Shown: in pieces, positions 13,651-27,618 of the stretch
Layout: every line of letters starts with the position of its first letter
Position numbering within the stretch: the stretch's first letter is position 1
NCBI GenBank assembly: GCA_000165425.1
Contig: CT868062.1
Span: 124,001 to 178,157 of the forward strand
Length of the DNA stretch: 54,157 nt
Reading direction: 5' to 3'
DNA from: Paramecium tetraurelia
Lineage: Eukaryota
Program-made: the position numbers and the translations under genes
Notes under the pieces: model-generated
What the model saw: the letters and a program-made list of their open reading frames with translations, nothing else
The model's database searches: none
What the model was told of the DNA's origin: nothing

Positions 13651-14410
13651 GTGACATTTATATATTTATATATAATAATACAGTTTAAATTTCTAATTCA
13701 TAAATCTATTCCACAAGCATAGTGCATTTAAAATACTATTATATTCTGATTTACAAGTAATTTTTAAGCAATTTATACTCCTTCATCCTTTCATTCATGT
13801 GCTATTATAAATATAACAAGATTAGGTTAAAATGCTTATTGTTGTAATAATTTTATATTCGATTAAAATAAAATATTAAATTTTTGAGATGTATTTGTAT
13901 TTTGTTTAAGTATTCTAGAAATTCATTCTTAAACTTAAATTGAATACAAATGAATCTTAAAATGTATACAGTTCCATTTTCAAATTTATGACTTCACTTC
14001 TAGCTCTAGATACCGCTGAAACATATGAAACATATTGAATGAATGAAATTTTCTCAATCTGAGGAAATGGTATGTTGGTTCAATTTTAATTCTTAGTTTT
14101 TCATTCAGATATGCTTACAAATTAAGATTACTTCTCTGATTTATAATTTGCTCATCAAATATAGATACTGTGTTTGAATCCTTATTTTAGTTTAATTTAG
14201 AAACCCTCCGAAACTTTCAAACAACAATTATATAATAAATTTACAAACCAAAGAGTTTATTAATCTATAATTAGCTAACTTATATCTTATAAATATATTT
14301 TCATACATGTTTACTTCATTAACTACCATATATATCGCTTAACCAAATAATACCATACAGTTCGATCTTTATAAAATAATAATAAATTTATTATATGCTT
14401 TAAAATTAAT

Positions 14411-14713
14411 ATGTCTGAAAGCGAAATTTCATTTGATTTCAATGATGATGAACCTGTCGAGGAAGTCAAGTCATCTCACATGTAAACTAAACCGGAGAGA
14501 TAAATGATGTCATTTTCTAAAAGTGATAAAAAGGACAAAAAAGAAAAGTTAAAGCAATTACAAATCACAATGCAAGGATAGAATTCAAGCAAATAGTAAA
14601 TGACAAAGGATTTGTTATTCCTATTAAAGTTTGAATAACATATGTTGAGTTCCATTAATAGTTTGCATTAGAGAATTATGAGATCTTTAGAAACGGAGGC
14701 TCCTGGAAATTGA
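14411..14713 (+). CDS. Small hypothetical protein (100 aa)
   Basis: MSESEISFDFNDDEPVEEV...LETEAPGN*; clean intronless ORF in table 6. Confidence 0.7.
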
Positions 14714-14889
14714 ACTCATTTATTAATATTATTATATATATAGTTTGATGTATAATTTAAACTTCAAATTAACATGATTATAAACTAATTACTAAAAATA
14801 ATTAAATTTCTAAACTCTAAAATGTTAAATAGAAATTTAAATTCAAATTTATAAATACAATTATAATGTTATATATCGAGTAATTGAAA

Positions 14890-16303
14890 TCATTTTCTTT
14901 TTAAAGGAGGCAACTCTAACTTTTGCCTTACAATTTATCTAGATTTAGCTGAATTGTCATTCAAAATCTCGTCAATTGTTTTGGGTCTCACAGAGGCCTT
15001 TTGTTAAAAGCACTTTTTGAATGAAGCTATTGTATACTTCTAATCTTCTAGTGTATTCAAATTGTCAAAAGAAGTCTTTGGCTTTGATTTTGAATTTTAC
15101 TTTGATTTCTAATCTTTCGGACTTTTGGATCTCATATTTTTTATTTTTTGAATATTTGATACCATTTTTTATTTTTATGATTTAGGATTGGGTAAAGATT
15201 AATACTGCTACAAAAGTTTTTTCTTATCAGTCAATTTTAATAATATCTCATCATTTGGATATGGTTGTTAAATTGGACAATTTTTCATTAGATATTGTAA
15301 AAAGAGCAGTAACTTAAATGACTATTGTAATGGTTAAATTAATTACATTTCGAATTTACTGATCCTTAATAAACTATGATATTTGCTCATTATAAGTTAA
15401 TGGAATTTTATCTGAGAAATTTCGAGTAATCCAAGGATGAATCAATGCCTAACCGACACTATACCTTTCAATGGGTTCAATTGTAGTCAATTTTTAGATA
15501 AGATCCTTTGCTAATGGGCTCATGTGATCTGATAATTACCATATTGGATTCATGATTTTCTTGATCACTTAATCTCTAGTGTCGTTTTTATTATAAAATG
15601 GATGCTAACCAGAATTCAATAACATGTACATAATAACTCCGCAACTCCATGAGTCAACTTGTTTACTATACTATCTATTATTTAGAATTGAGTACAAATT
15701 TCTCTTTAAATTACTCAGGAGCCATATAAATGACAGTTCCACATTTTTTATTAAGCAAACTATAGAACATGCCTTCTGATGCAAACTTGAAACTTAAGCC
15801 AAAATCAGCAATCTTGACTGTCCTTATGTCAGTTGTGGCAAACATGATGTTTTCTGGTTTTAAGTCTCTATGAATGATTCTTTTCTCATGTAAATAGTGA
15901 ACTGCTAATAGAATTCCTTTCATAATAATCGCAAAGTCCTCATCAGTATATTCTTAATTCATACGCTGTGCCAATGTTCCTCCTTTCATGAGTTCCATAA
16001 TTAAAAAAAATTAATTCTTATTTTCTGTTATCTTCATAAGAAATCTTAAGTACTCTTTTGCATTGGACGATATGAGGATGATTTAACTACTAATAAATAT
16101 CTGATTCAATTTATGCATCTTTGAAAAGTGTTTTAGAAACAACCTTAATAATTACAAGATTATTTAACCTTGACAGCACACTCTGTATTATCTGTTAAGT
16201 CTGTTGCCTTATACACTTTTCCAAAGCTTCCCTCTCCGATCTTTGCTATTTCTTTTATTTAATACATTTCTTGTAGAAAATCTACATCCTCACCTTGGAG
16301 CAT
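14890..16303 (-). CDS. Ser/Thr protein kinase, CAMK group
   Basis: IGEGSFGKVY, CAVK, HRDLKPEN, DFG, CGTVIYMAPE; several short introns; ends LELPPLKRK*. Confidence 0.92.
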
Positions 16304-16393
16304 TAATTTTATAATTAACAATATTATTATAATAGTGTCATAATTCTAATAATATTAATTTTAGATCATAAAAGGCAGCGTTTAAATTCAAAT

Positions 16394-18769
16394 TCAATTT
16401 TATAAATCTTGGAAAGTCTTGACTTCGGATGCCTCATGGTAAGAAAGCTATTCCTCAAATATAATGTTCTCATTAGGATTATAGTTTATGCTATTAATCG
16501 TAGAAGTCAAGTCCAAAACTTAGTTCTTATATAAAAGTCTATTAATCTTGACACCTAATTTGTTAATGATGCTTTTAAGGCTCTCATCCAATTCTGCTAT
16601 CATCTTTTGTACTGTTCCACTACGAGCATTTTAAAAATTCATTAATAATTAAGAGTGATACCTTATTATGGAATTATTTTCAATAGGCAAATCTTTTATG
16701 TTTTTATGCATTTATATGGTATAATTATAAAAAGTAAAGTTAGTCCCAATTATCTAATTTTTTTTTAAAGCAAACTCAAAAGTATTTTCAAGTTCTGCTT
16801 AAATTATTTATTTTAAACCATTCTAATTCACAAGTTACAAGGTTAAGGTAGTTATAAATTAAACCCTCAAGTCCGAACGAGTTTGATTAATTATATTGTT
16901 AATTTAATAGATAGTCTCATTTTCATCGACCTTTTTCTAACCTATAAAGAGATCGAGTACTTAATTTCTTGGTGATTGATATCTGTATTTGATTATCTGG
17001 CAAAGAGCTTTTGCTGTTTAGTTCTATTTCATATTAATATGGGCGCAACAACTAACATGATTGACATATACACACAATTCTATTATATCTTCTTGAGATT
17101 ACATGTCATTTTGGACATCAAATTCAAATTTAAAATTATTGTTTCCCTTTAAGAATTCTATTAATGACAAATTTTTAACTTAAGGTTGTATATTCTGTAG
17201 TTATAATTGTTGATTAAGATTATTCGATGCTTTGAATTGTTGTTCTATTGAAGAAATGGGTAGGTTTTAATCTACAATTACTTTTAAAGCTTGACCTTAA
17301 ACCTAGGCTTGAAATATTACAAAATCAGTGAAATAATTTAAGATGGAATTTGAAATAATATTTAATTTATCAAATCTCCATTTAAGATCAAGTAATTAAT
17401 TGCCAAAATATACCTTATAATATTTTGTATCCTTTAAAGTTTCCGTCTGAACAATACCTTAAAAGCCATCCATAATAGTGCAAGTAGAGGAAATTTTAAT
17501 TTATTTAGACGATTTTGTGTATTTATTTTGAAAAGTGATTGTGATTTAAGTCATGTCCTCACTTGGCAGATGTAAATCTTAACGTATATCTTATAATTAA
17601 TCTTAGTTATAATATAAATCTTATTGTTAATCCTGTTTTATTATCTAATAATTAATAATGCATTCTGATTACAAATCTAGTTATTTTAAATTGAATTTTT
17701 TATCTTTTATTTATTCTTCTAGAAAATATTAAATGGTTTCAGTGTATTTGTCATGATTTATTAGTATATCCAGATCAGCTAAGGTAGAATTCACAGCCAC
17801 TCTCTCGTATTGCTTCATAGAGTATTGATTTTGCAATAAGATATTAATCTTATTATCAGAAGGTTCTTTGATGAGAGTTAATTGACTATATATAGGAATA
17901 CATTCTTGATTTAGAGTATTACTTATATCAAGAAGGTTTTTCTTAAGTTTGTATTCTAATGTTAATGGAATAGTATTTTCTATTTTAAACTGTTGTCTGA
18001 CCTTGCGTATTAAATCAAATACTTCCATACTCCCTGGTATAGTAATCAATTTATTGTCTTGATTTTAAAATGCTACATTATAAATGAATTCCTATCGAAA
18101 CTCAACATCCCATGGTTAGTCTAGTGGTATGTTTAAGTTTATGTATAATAAATCAGGGTTTATATTTAGTTATCCAAGCTTAAAAGTAATGAGTTCATCG
18201 TCAATGTTTTACTAAATTTTGAATTAATTAATGTATTTAGCAATTGGTTAAAAGACATCAATTGTAATTTCCATAATCTATTATTTGTACTATATTTGCT
18301 ATTGCTTTTTGATTTGAATAAAAACTGTAAGATTTTAAAATACTCCTTACTTCCCCCAACATTCTGACCCAAATTAGGTCCCATCCTCAGAGTTAGTTAT
18401 CTATATCTCACATTATTTGATCTTGATTAAGTTTGATATATGGACTCTAAACTTGTTGGCTGATTCATATACATCTGTAGCAAAATTGATGGTCCCTAAA
18501 AATTCATGAACACATTAAATTGTTATTTTTTTTGATAAAATTACATCTATTTACGAGTATAAATTTATCTCAAGATCCTGAATTGTTTTATTAATATCAA
18601 CTTAAATATTATCAATCTTCAATATTGCTTGTAAACTATCTCTAACCTATTTAGCAATATTCAATCTGTTAAATAATAATTGCAGAATATTTAACCCTGT
18701 TTAATATGGATAAATTTCAATAGATTCCATTATGCTGAGTTGTTAAACCACTACATTTACTTTAATCAT
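16394..18769 (-). CDS. Tandem ubiquitin-like domain protein 3, about 791 aa
   Basis: 792 codons, in frame with listed ORF 17729..18049. UBL-like units MIKVNVVV...VDINKTIQDLEINLYSQI, VFDLIRKVRQQFKI...LDISNTLNQECI, LLYKNQVLDLTSTINSINY. Confidence 0.78.
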
Positions 18770-19673
18770 CTAGAGTTAAGAAATGTAAAAACAATTTCTA
18801 TTAATTTTTATTAATAATTATACTTATTTTTTTAACAGATTTTGTTAAAAGAATTCTTTACTCATATTTTATAGAATTCATAGCCATAAGTTCTTAAGAA
18901 GATTCAATTTCAGAATTTGAAGACAATAGATAACAATTTTTAAAATTATTTTAATCACAATTACACAAAATAATATAATATTTCTTCTTATATCTATGAA
19001 TTGTTTAAGTGATTTAAAGATTTTGTCTAATTTAATGACATAATCAGTTTGATTTGATACAGAAAGGTTAAATTTTAAATATCAATTGGATCTCAATCAT
19101 ATTCCATTTTATAGTAAGATTTGTTGATATTTCAATTTAGTTTATTTCGAACTCAAATAATCCATAATTGTATTTTATTATTTGGATAATTGATAAATTT
19201 TGTAAATTAATTCATCATATTTGTTTTCATAGTTTTCGCACATTCTCAACCTGAATAATGAATAAAAAATTAGTTAAGATTATTAATTAATAATTAACTT
19301 CTTATTATTTCTATATGATTATTCAATTCTCGATTACTTATTTATGTGACACTTAAATTTGTATATAGATTAGAATAGTTTATAGAAATTATATGATTTA
19401 TCAATAAAATTAAATACATTATAGTATAAATGAAAATAATGGGAATATAATATTTTATTTTAATACAATTTGTAAGTACAAAATATTTGATTAATATAAA
19501 TGAATTCTGATTGATTATGTTGCACAATTTAAATAAATTTAAAATATATATATTAAAACATTTATTACTCTTTAGGATGAAAAAACTGAATAATTTATAA
19601 TAAAAGTAAAATATATTATATAACTCGATGTAAACAAAAAATATAGTCACTATACTGATTCACTTCAGCGTGT

Positions 19674-20317
19674 TCAGCAATCGGAATCAAGTTCATAATT
19701 GATATCATTCGATCTTTAACTTTCACAAGGTTGATCTTCTGGAAGAGAATTCATATGGCTATACTCACTAAATGATAGTTAAATTCAAATTACCTTCCCA
19801 TAACTTAATCCCATCTATAACGAAGGTATTTGTAGTAGCGATTCTTAACCATGCTGACACTCTTGCCTGGAAATGACTTTGATATTTTATAAAACTTTGG
19901 TCCTATCTTAAGAACAAGCTCCAAAATTCTCTTATCTTCAACATTAGAGAAAGGATGGGCATTAGATTTTGGTTTCTCCATGACAAGACACACCTTCAAT
20001 CCATTTTCTTTAATATGGATAATAGGTTTAGGGGCAGGGCGCTTCTTTTTCTTGTGATAAGTGTATTGAATTCTTTTTGGAGGACGTCTTCTTTGAATTG
20101 GTAATTTTATTTTTTGAATTTCTTGCTGTTGTGGAGTCGATAAATTCGAATCTAACGAAAGACTTAATATATATTATCTACCTTAATCTACACAAGTGCT
20201 TAACCCTTAATCCGAAAAAATAAGAGTATTTGGAGAACTGACAAGACCAAATAGTTCAAGCTCTTCTTCAAACAATTCTAGTTTTTATTCTTCGTATGTA
20301 TCCACAAAGTTTATCAT
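19674..20317 (-). CDS. Myb/SANT-like DNA-binding protein
   Basis: PFSNVEDKRILELVLKIGPKFYKISKSFPGKSVSMVKNRYYKYLR is a single Myb repeat; two short introns; 3' end tentative. Confidence 0.85.
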
Positions 20318-21443
20318 TTGATTTTTTTATGATTATTAATGATTTTTCATTTTAATTTTAATTGCAATTTATAGAGTTGAATATCAGTTTTAATGACGAA
20401 AGGTATTTATAATTGGAAAAATCAATTAACTTAAATTAATTCAATTTACGTGATTATAAGATCTAAATTCTTAAGAATTCCGGAACATTTTAATTGTTTT
20501 TTTTCATTTTCAAAATCTTTTACTTTTTCCACTTTTTCCAGGTTCAGAAAAAGACAAATAGACAATTTTCATCCTTTTTTGGTTGATTTATGTAAATCTA
20601 TGAATCTCAACTGCTTTTCCGAAAATTGTAAAAACACCTTCCTATCCCTTTAAATTCAAAGTATAATCAAAAATTGATATCAATTCGATAATTTAATTAA
20701 TAAAATCCAAATAACTCATCGCAGAATATGCAAATTTCTATTAATAACCAAATTCAAAAAAACTGTATATTTATGATATCACAAAAGTAAGTTTATTTAG
20801 AAATTTATTTTACTTTTGGTTCAAATTGCATGGCATTCGTTTTTTTTATAATTTACTGAGAGTTCATAAATGAGAAAACTACAATAGATCCTTTAATCAA
20901 AAATCTCTTCGAAACTCAGTGTTTGTTTCACATATGTTGCTTCTATACCAGCTGCCTTAAATTTTAGGAATAAGTTATTTAAACCTATTTTAATAACTAA
21001 ATAGATTGCAAAAACACGTATTATATCTGATTATAATATATAAAATTGACAAATTTAAATTAAAACAAGATTCAGATTTTTCACTTCAGTAGGGTATCAA
21101 ATTTTAAAGTGATAGCTTAATAGCCATTTTTTTAGCAAAACTATGTTCATGATATTACAAATTCTTTATTATCAATCATTATTAACATCATATTTGTTGA
21201 GACTTTAATTATAAATTAAATTGAAACTTTTTCGAAATTCTTAAATATAGATATCTGTTTCCTTGAAGTATTAAGCCTTTAAATAGGAGCAATATCTTAA
21301 TTAAAATGCTAAGATCTTGATATAAGGATCATTAAATGAATATAAGGAAATCAATTATTTTCTTATATTGGCTTTAAAAGTTGTAAGAAATTAGAATTAA
21401 TATAAATCTTGATATATTTAATAAATGAATATAGAAGTTGAAT

Positions 21444-21730
21444 TCAAAACTTTCCTTATTAATATTAATATAGATCTGCCATATCTTCATCTTCGTCCCC
21501 CTCTTCTAAATTTGAATCCTCTGATATTTCATTTTTCTAGAAATTTACTGCGCAAAAATTGATATTTTTTATTTTAGGACTCTCAGAAGATTTCATAAGT
21601 GGCTGTGAATTCATTTAAGGTTGCTATTAAGGTGGTTGTAAATCCATTTAAGGTTGCTATTAAGATGGTTATTATTTGTTATCATCTCCTTTAAATAATA
21701 ATGCTGCCTTTTCAAAAAAACTTGGTTAAA

Positions 21731-21781
<51 letters not shown>

Positions 21782-23557
21782 GTTATTATTATTAATATTA
21801 TTATTATTAATATTATTATTCTGTTAGGACGGGCTGAGATGATAATTTTTCCTTTCTAACTTCTCTAATTTCTTATCTACACATAGTTGTTTATAACTTT
21901 GTATTATGCGTTTGAAAACTCCTATTTTTCTCTTTGTTAGCAGAATTGCTATTAATGTTAACATTTGTTTGAATGTAACCATCCCATTACTAATTATATG
22001 ACTATGCCTGTTAATAATTTCCTTGTTTAGCTATCTATGCAGTCTTCTATGTCATTCTTTTATGAATGACATCTACTTCAGCCTCTTCTTCTGCCTCCAT
22101 CGCATTTTCTGTTGTTGAGACCTATTTAGTAACTACTCTCATAAGTTTATCACCATTTAGATTAGTGTAATTAACCTTAAGTTAAAATGGAACAGTCTTT
22201 AAATCCTTGATATCAATTTATTCTTTTTGTAACTCCTAATCATTTTTTAATTAATATTCAAATGTTTGAGTAGTAGCAATAGTAGCATTACCTATGTCTC
22301 TTTTAAGTTTATGATTCAGATTAGGATCATCTTCTCCTCTGAACTTTAAAGCTCGATGCAAACTCACAAATAGCTGAACTTAAGTTCCTACTAATTCATC
22401 TTTTAAAATATTGGCAAAATCTTTTTCAATATCTTCGGGCTTGACTCTAGTAATGGTTCCATTAGTTTTTTCAGACAAGGCTCCCAGAATGTCCACTTTG
22501 CATCCTTCCCCTTTTATCGTTACAACTGATATCACTACTCCACATTATGTAGCAAAGTCACCCAAATTTTCATAAAATTGCTTATTTGCCTCATTTTCCA
22601 AAGATCCCAATCCCAAAATTGGCTAATCCATCTGTGCAGATAATAATCATGGATCCAGGTTTACCTATTTTCGCTAATTGCAAAGCTGAAATCAAAGCAG
22701 GTCCTAAGGCAGTCTATCCTTTTTCTTAGAGTTGCTCAAATTTCTTCAAGAGACTATCGGCTTGAGCTTTAACTGGAGATTTCATGAGTTATTTTGCAGT
22801 TCCATCTAAGAGAGCCTCTATTTCATCTTATTTAAAGAGTCTATCTCCAGCAATTGTAATTGGGACTTCAGAACCATCCCCATATACAACAACTTCATTA
22901 TTGAATGTGACTAATCCAACTATTTTATTGGGGTTCTTCTTCTTTAATTCTCCTATTTGTTATTCAATAGCTGCCATAACACATTATTTCCTGGAAACAT
23001 GAGTAACATGTTTGGTATTAAATTATGGCCATATCTAATGTTCGTCTCCAGGTTCAATGAATTATTTAAGCATTTCATACTCTTCAGCAGATATTCCATG
23101 TTTAAAATTGACCTTTCCCTTTATTTCAACAGTGCTGGACATTGAACCACTGGTATCAATACAAAATACTATAGAGTTATCAGCATCTTCTATTTGCATT
23201 TATTATTCCTAAGATGATTAAATCAGATAAACAGTATCTTCACTTTTAGGTATTTCTTCCTTTTCAATTTAGATGTAATTCTTATGATTACAAAACTCAC
23301 AAATCCAAAGATGCTTTCCAAATTATTGATTTTAAACATCATCTTCAATTTTTGAGTATATATTTAGAACAGTTTCACATTGTTAGCACAAAATAGGATC
23401 TCCTTGATGTATTTTAACAACGTTTTCTTTCAAGCAATCAAACTTAACTTGGAAGATATTGGTATCGACATCATCTAAAATTTAGGGTAAATAAGTTACA
23501 TTAATTGTCAAAGGTCCTTCTTTTCAGATAGGCCTTTTTGGAACACATTGCCATCAT
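21444..23557 (-). CDS. Sec23/Sec24-type Zn finger + vWA domain protein with poly-Gln tail; one +1 frameshift
   Basis: GDPILCQQCETVL...WICEFCNHKN, IVFCIDTSGSM, TALGPALISA, IICTDGLAN. One 25-nt intron near the 5' end; extra base in the 22615-22618 homopolymer. Confidence 0.8.
21731..21820 (-). repeat. (TAA)n tract encoding poly-Gln
   Basis: Imperfect (TTA)n on +, read in frame as TAA codons inside the vWA gene. Confidence 0.85.
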
Positions 23558-23659
23558 GGTTTTTAAATGAATAAATTAATTATAAATCAAGCATAAATAG
23601 ATTATATAGTACTCCAGTCTGGTCAATACTATTATTAATAATTATAGATATAAATAATT

Positions 23660-24083
23660 ATGTAAAAGCAGAAGACTCAAACATATAAAGATTCCCACAC
23701 GTTGGAAGATAGAAAGAAAAGAGTGTAGGAGCAACTAGCAAAGTATCCTGAAATGATTCCCATAATCGTGGAAAAGATTCCAGGTTGTAAATTACCTTAA
23801 TTGCAAAAAGTGAAGTAACTTTATTTAAATGATTGAATATAGGTTTTTGGTGAACTCTAGTTTCTCCTTTAATGAATTCAAAAATACAATCAAAAAGAAA
23901 TTGAACTTGGATGAGAAAACCTCGACCCTATTTATGTATTGCGGAAAAAATTTAATGAATGAACGTACTTCTTATAATCAATAATTAGATGATAAATTAA
24001 AAAACATTTACGATTAGTACAAAGATCCAGAGGATGGATTCCTCTATTTGCATTATGCAGATGCAGAAACCTTTGGTTTTTGA
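23660..24083 (+). CDS. ATG8: Autophagy ubiquitin-like protein ATG8 family
   Basis: KYPEMIPIIVEK, KFLV, IYDQYKDPEDGFLYLHYADAETFGF*; two short introns. Confidence 0.95.
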
Positions 24084-24111
24084 TTTAATAATAATCTATA
24101 TAATAATTTAT

Positions 24112-27100
24112 TCAAGCACCTTCCTTTTCGTCTATTCTCCTTAGAACATCAACTTTGGGCACTTCAAAACTCAGATGAATCGTATGTTTATCTAAAATAA
24201 TAAATATCTTCTTACCTTCTTCATTATATTTGCCGATCATTTTCTTTAAATTTTGTTATCTCCAATTATTATAATTCTTTAACTATTCCTCGAATTCCCG
24301 AATGGATAATCGTAAGTACTGTTATTGCATCTCGTTAATCTCAACTTCATGTTTATCTACATCATTATCCATTGCTACTTACAACTCAACTTCTTGTGCA
24401 TAACTGGTCGAGGAACGATCACTGGCTTTAATTAATTCTACTTTTATTAGGATTCATCCTATTCTGAAATCATTCTCTCCAATTTCAACTACTCCATCAT
24501 TTTTGGTTCCTCCTGTTGTTGCATCTTTAATTCTTATTCTCTCCTCAATTTCTTATGCACCATCTTTAAATAGTAACTTTGATGATCCTATTAATATTCT
24601 CTCTGATTCTCATTAATCTTGGCTTGTTCTAATTTGCTTAGGAATCTCAAGTATTTCATGTAGATATAATCAGACTAAATCATAATTCACACACCTTACA
24701 ATCAACTGTTATTGTGGCTACCTATTCTCGAAATAACTCTAATTCTTCTTTGGTCTATTAATCAACGTGTATTGTTGTATAATCTACCTAACTATAATCA
24801 TTAAGTGCTTACTCCTCATCCAAACCTCCAACTTTTGGGTTCTTGTGCTAATGAGATACTCTATACAGTAAAAAGTAATGAAATACTAATCTTACTGTCC
24901 TACTCCAATGCAGGAACAATTTAAACACTGCCTTCTCGAATAAAAATTCACATATGTCCTTTTTAAAGTCCACTTTCATAGATTCATAATGTTACTTGAA
25001 AATAATGGATAAATATTGTAAATAAGCCAAACACATTTAGCAATATTTATCGCATGTTCTGATTCTATTATGATTTATTTGATTCCTTTTAAAAAGAATG
25101 GATAATCGAAGTAAGCAGGCATGGTAGTCAATGTACCAAAACAAACATCCAAAATTTCAAATGTTTCTATCACTTATTCCGCATTGTATAGACTTAAATT
25201 AATAACATAAAGTACTTTGTTTTATTGAATTGCAAACTCACTACTATTCCTAATAAATTCACATTCTAAAGCAAACTTTTCAAAGCTATTTTCATTGCAT
25301 CAGGTATAGATTCCTACTATTTCAATTCACACATAAATGCTTTAACCAGAATTCTATAACCTGGAATGTCTTACCAGGGAAGTATTTTTACTTACAAAAT
25401 ATTCCTCACATATTTAGCCCATTCTTCTACAAAAAAACTGAAATTTATTGATCTATGTCTGATATGCTCCTTCCAACTTTCATCATCTAGTATTTAATTC
25501 AGGGCTGATTAATTTTGAATACCTTTGCTTTTATCAGACAGATAAGTGTGAAAATAATTCTACCAATCGAAAATTGAGATATTGGTTTTTGTACTTTTAT
25601 CAATATTTGTGGGGTCATCTTCCTGTATAAATTCAGTTCCTCTCAATTCCAACAACTAGGGATCATCAGATTTATTGATTAATTCTAAGAATTTTGCTCT
25701 GAATTCTGGAATTCGAAAATAGCTGATCACTAAATATTTTATATATAATTATCTCGCCTCTTGACTAGGATCTTTTTGATTTAATTTAGATAAAGTGAAT
25801 CGAAGTGTGTTCACCAAAAATGATTAATAATTCAAACCAACCTCAGTTTTAAATTCAGATTGCTTCTTACTCAATGCTTTAAAAAACCCTAATTATTACA
25901 ACATCAATTCTCCCCTGCTTAGTACCTAATTCAAACATTCAAAATAGGAATTGAAAGAAGCTAAAGTCTTCGAATAATCCACCAAGTGGATAGACAATTG
26001 AATCAATAAATCTTAGGCTTTCATTAAATCATCCTCAGATTTGTATTAAAATGTTTTAATATTGGTACCATGAGATTATCCCAATAATTGAGCCAACTTA
26101 CTAAGTTATTGATCCATATCTGAACGAACCTTTAATTTATCTTCCATATTTAAAGTTTTGTGCTCAATCTTAAAAATTGAACTTGACAATTTCTGAAATT
26201 CAATTTGAATCATCTTAATCTCTGTCACACTAATATTCTCTACATTGCCAACCACAGATGCAGTTGACACTATACCCTTCTCTGTCTAAACTCCAAATGA
26301 TGATTATTATAAATAATTGGGTAATCTTACACTTATTTCATAATCTATTTTACCGACCTCTACACCATGATACCAAATAGATTTAGCCTATTGACTTTTG
26401 ATTATAAAGAACTTGGCTCCCAAATCGGCAATGATGTTGGTTTCTAAATTAGATAAATTGATATATGTTTCTGCCACTAAATGATGGTCTTGGATCTCTA
26501 AATCCATGTATTCTGAGTCATGCTTATTTTAGGTCTTCTTTATAATAGTTTTATGAGGAGACTTGCTGCTACTTAAACTGTTTTTGTTAGATGAGATTGA
26601 CCACAAACATAATTGAATAGCAGAACCTTAGAATTCCGAGATTGGTAATTCTACAATTAAAGTCAGTTCATCTCCAGCATGGTCCCACTCTATTCTATGA
26701 TAGGGTTATGAGGCAGGAGATTGTCCTTTATTGGTCGGAGTCGCTGCTATGATGGACTCGAGGGAATGATTTACACCTCCACTGCTATTTATCATTGACG
26801 GTATTTTCGGTAAGGATATTATGGAATCTCTCATCATGTCCTAGTCTAAGATACTTTTACGACTGGAAGCGACTATACTCTTCTATTTTTCATTTTGCTT
26901 TCTATAATTGGGATTCACAAAGGTGGTTGAATGTTCAGAGATGAATGAGAACTATGAAGTCTTTAATTTTAGTTGATATTTATACCACCAATCGCAAATT
27001 ATAGTTGTATCTAACATCACTAAGACTTTAGTTTAATTCCCAGATGATAAACTTACTTTAGAGAGTTGCCTACAATACTTGATTCATTTTCAAATCAAAA

Positions 27101-27517
27101 CTAACATTGCCCATATTTTAACCTCGGATTGGTAATTGAAAGTGAAAGGGACCTACTGCTGCTTCAAATAAATTGATGGTTGCTGATCCAATTACTTAAT
27201 TGTCAATCACTGAAATTTTCATATTGGATTCTCGCATCTACTACTCAGTCATCTTTAAGGTTCCATCAAAACTAGCTCGCCACTTCCTTCTATGAATTTA
27301 ATACATAATGATCTCCATTATTATCTATGTGCACCGGTGATGTGTACTTACACTACCCCAAATCAAATTCAATCGAGCATTGTCTTACACCAGTCATTTT
27401 CAAAGTGATGTTCTTCAGCAATACCTTAATCTGCAACTCACCATTGGTTATGATAGGTTGGCTCAGTTTGTGAACTTAGTCTTCCTAACTTTTAGGTCTG
27501 CCTCCACAAATACCCAT
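24112..27517 (-). CDS. Large putatively N-myristoylated protein with N-terminal C2-like domain
   Basis: Starts MGICGG; beta-rich C2-like region (MKISVIDNQVIGSATINLFEAAVGPFHFQLPI..GNVSFDL); several short introns; ends EKEGA*. Middle not fully translated. Confidence 0.7.
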
Positions 27518-27618
27518 CTTGTAATATAAATCGTATTATAATAATATTATATTGAGTTCAAAATTTCCTTACAAACACATAAGATTTTGAAAATATTAAT
27601 AGTTATATAAAAGATATC

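Noticed and set aside
13950..14260. Short ORF-like stretch with an intron-like GTATG...TTAG element
   Set aside because: No convincing ORF or homology; at most a small relic.
19342..19650. 102-aa hydrophobic ORF (similar ones at 6378-6704, 29910-30140, 43229-43459)
   Set aside because: I/F/Y/L/N-rich translations of AT-rich intergenic DNA or antisense shadows of real genes.
18800..21440. Long AT-rich intergenic regions flanking the Myb gene as possible ncRNA or retained IES sites
   Set aside because: No tRNA/snoRNA structure recognised, and TA-bounded IESs cannot be called without a germline-somatic comparison.
23660..24083. ATG8 as part of the poly-UBL cluster
   Set aside because: Canonical conserved ATG8 on the opposite strand about 5 kb away, with introns; proximity is probably chance.
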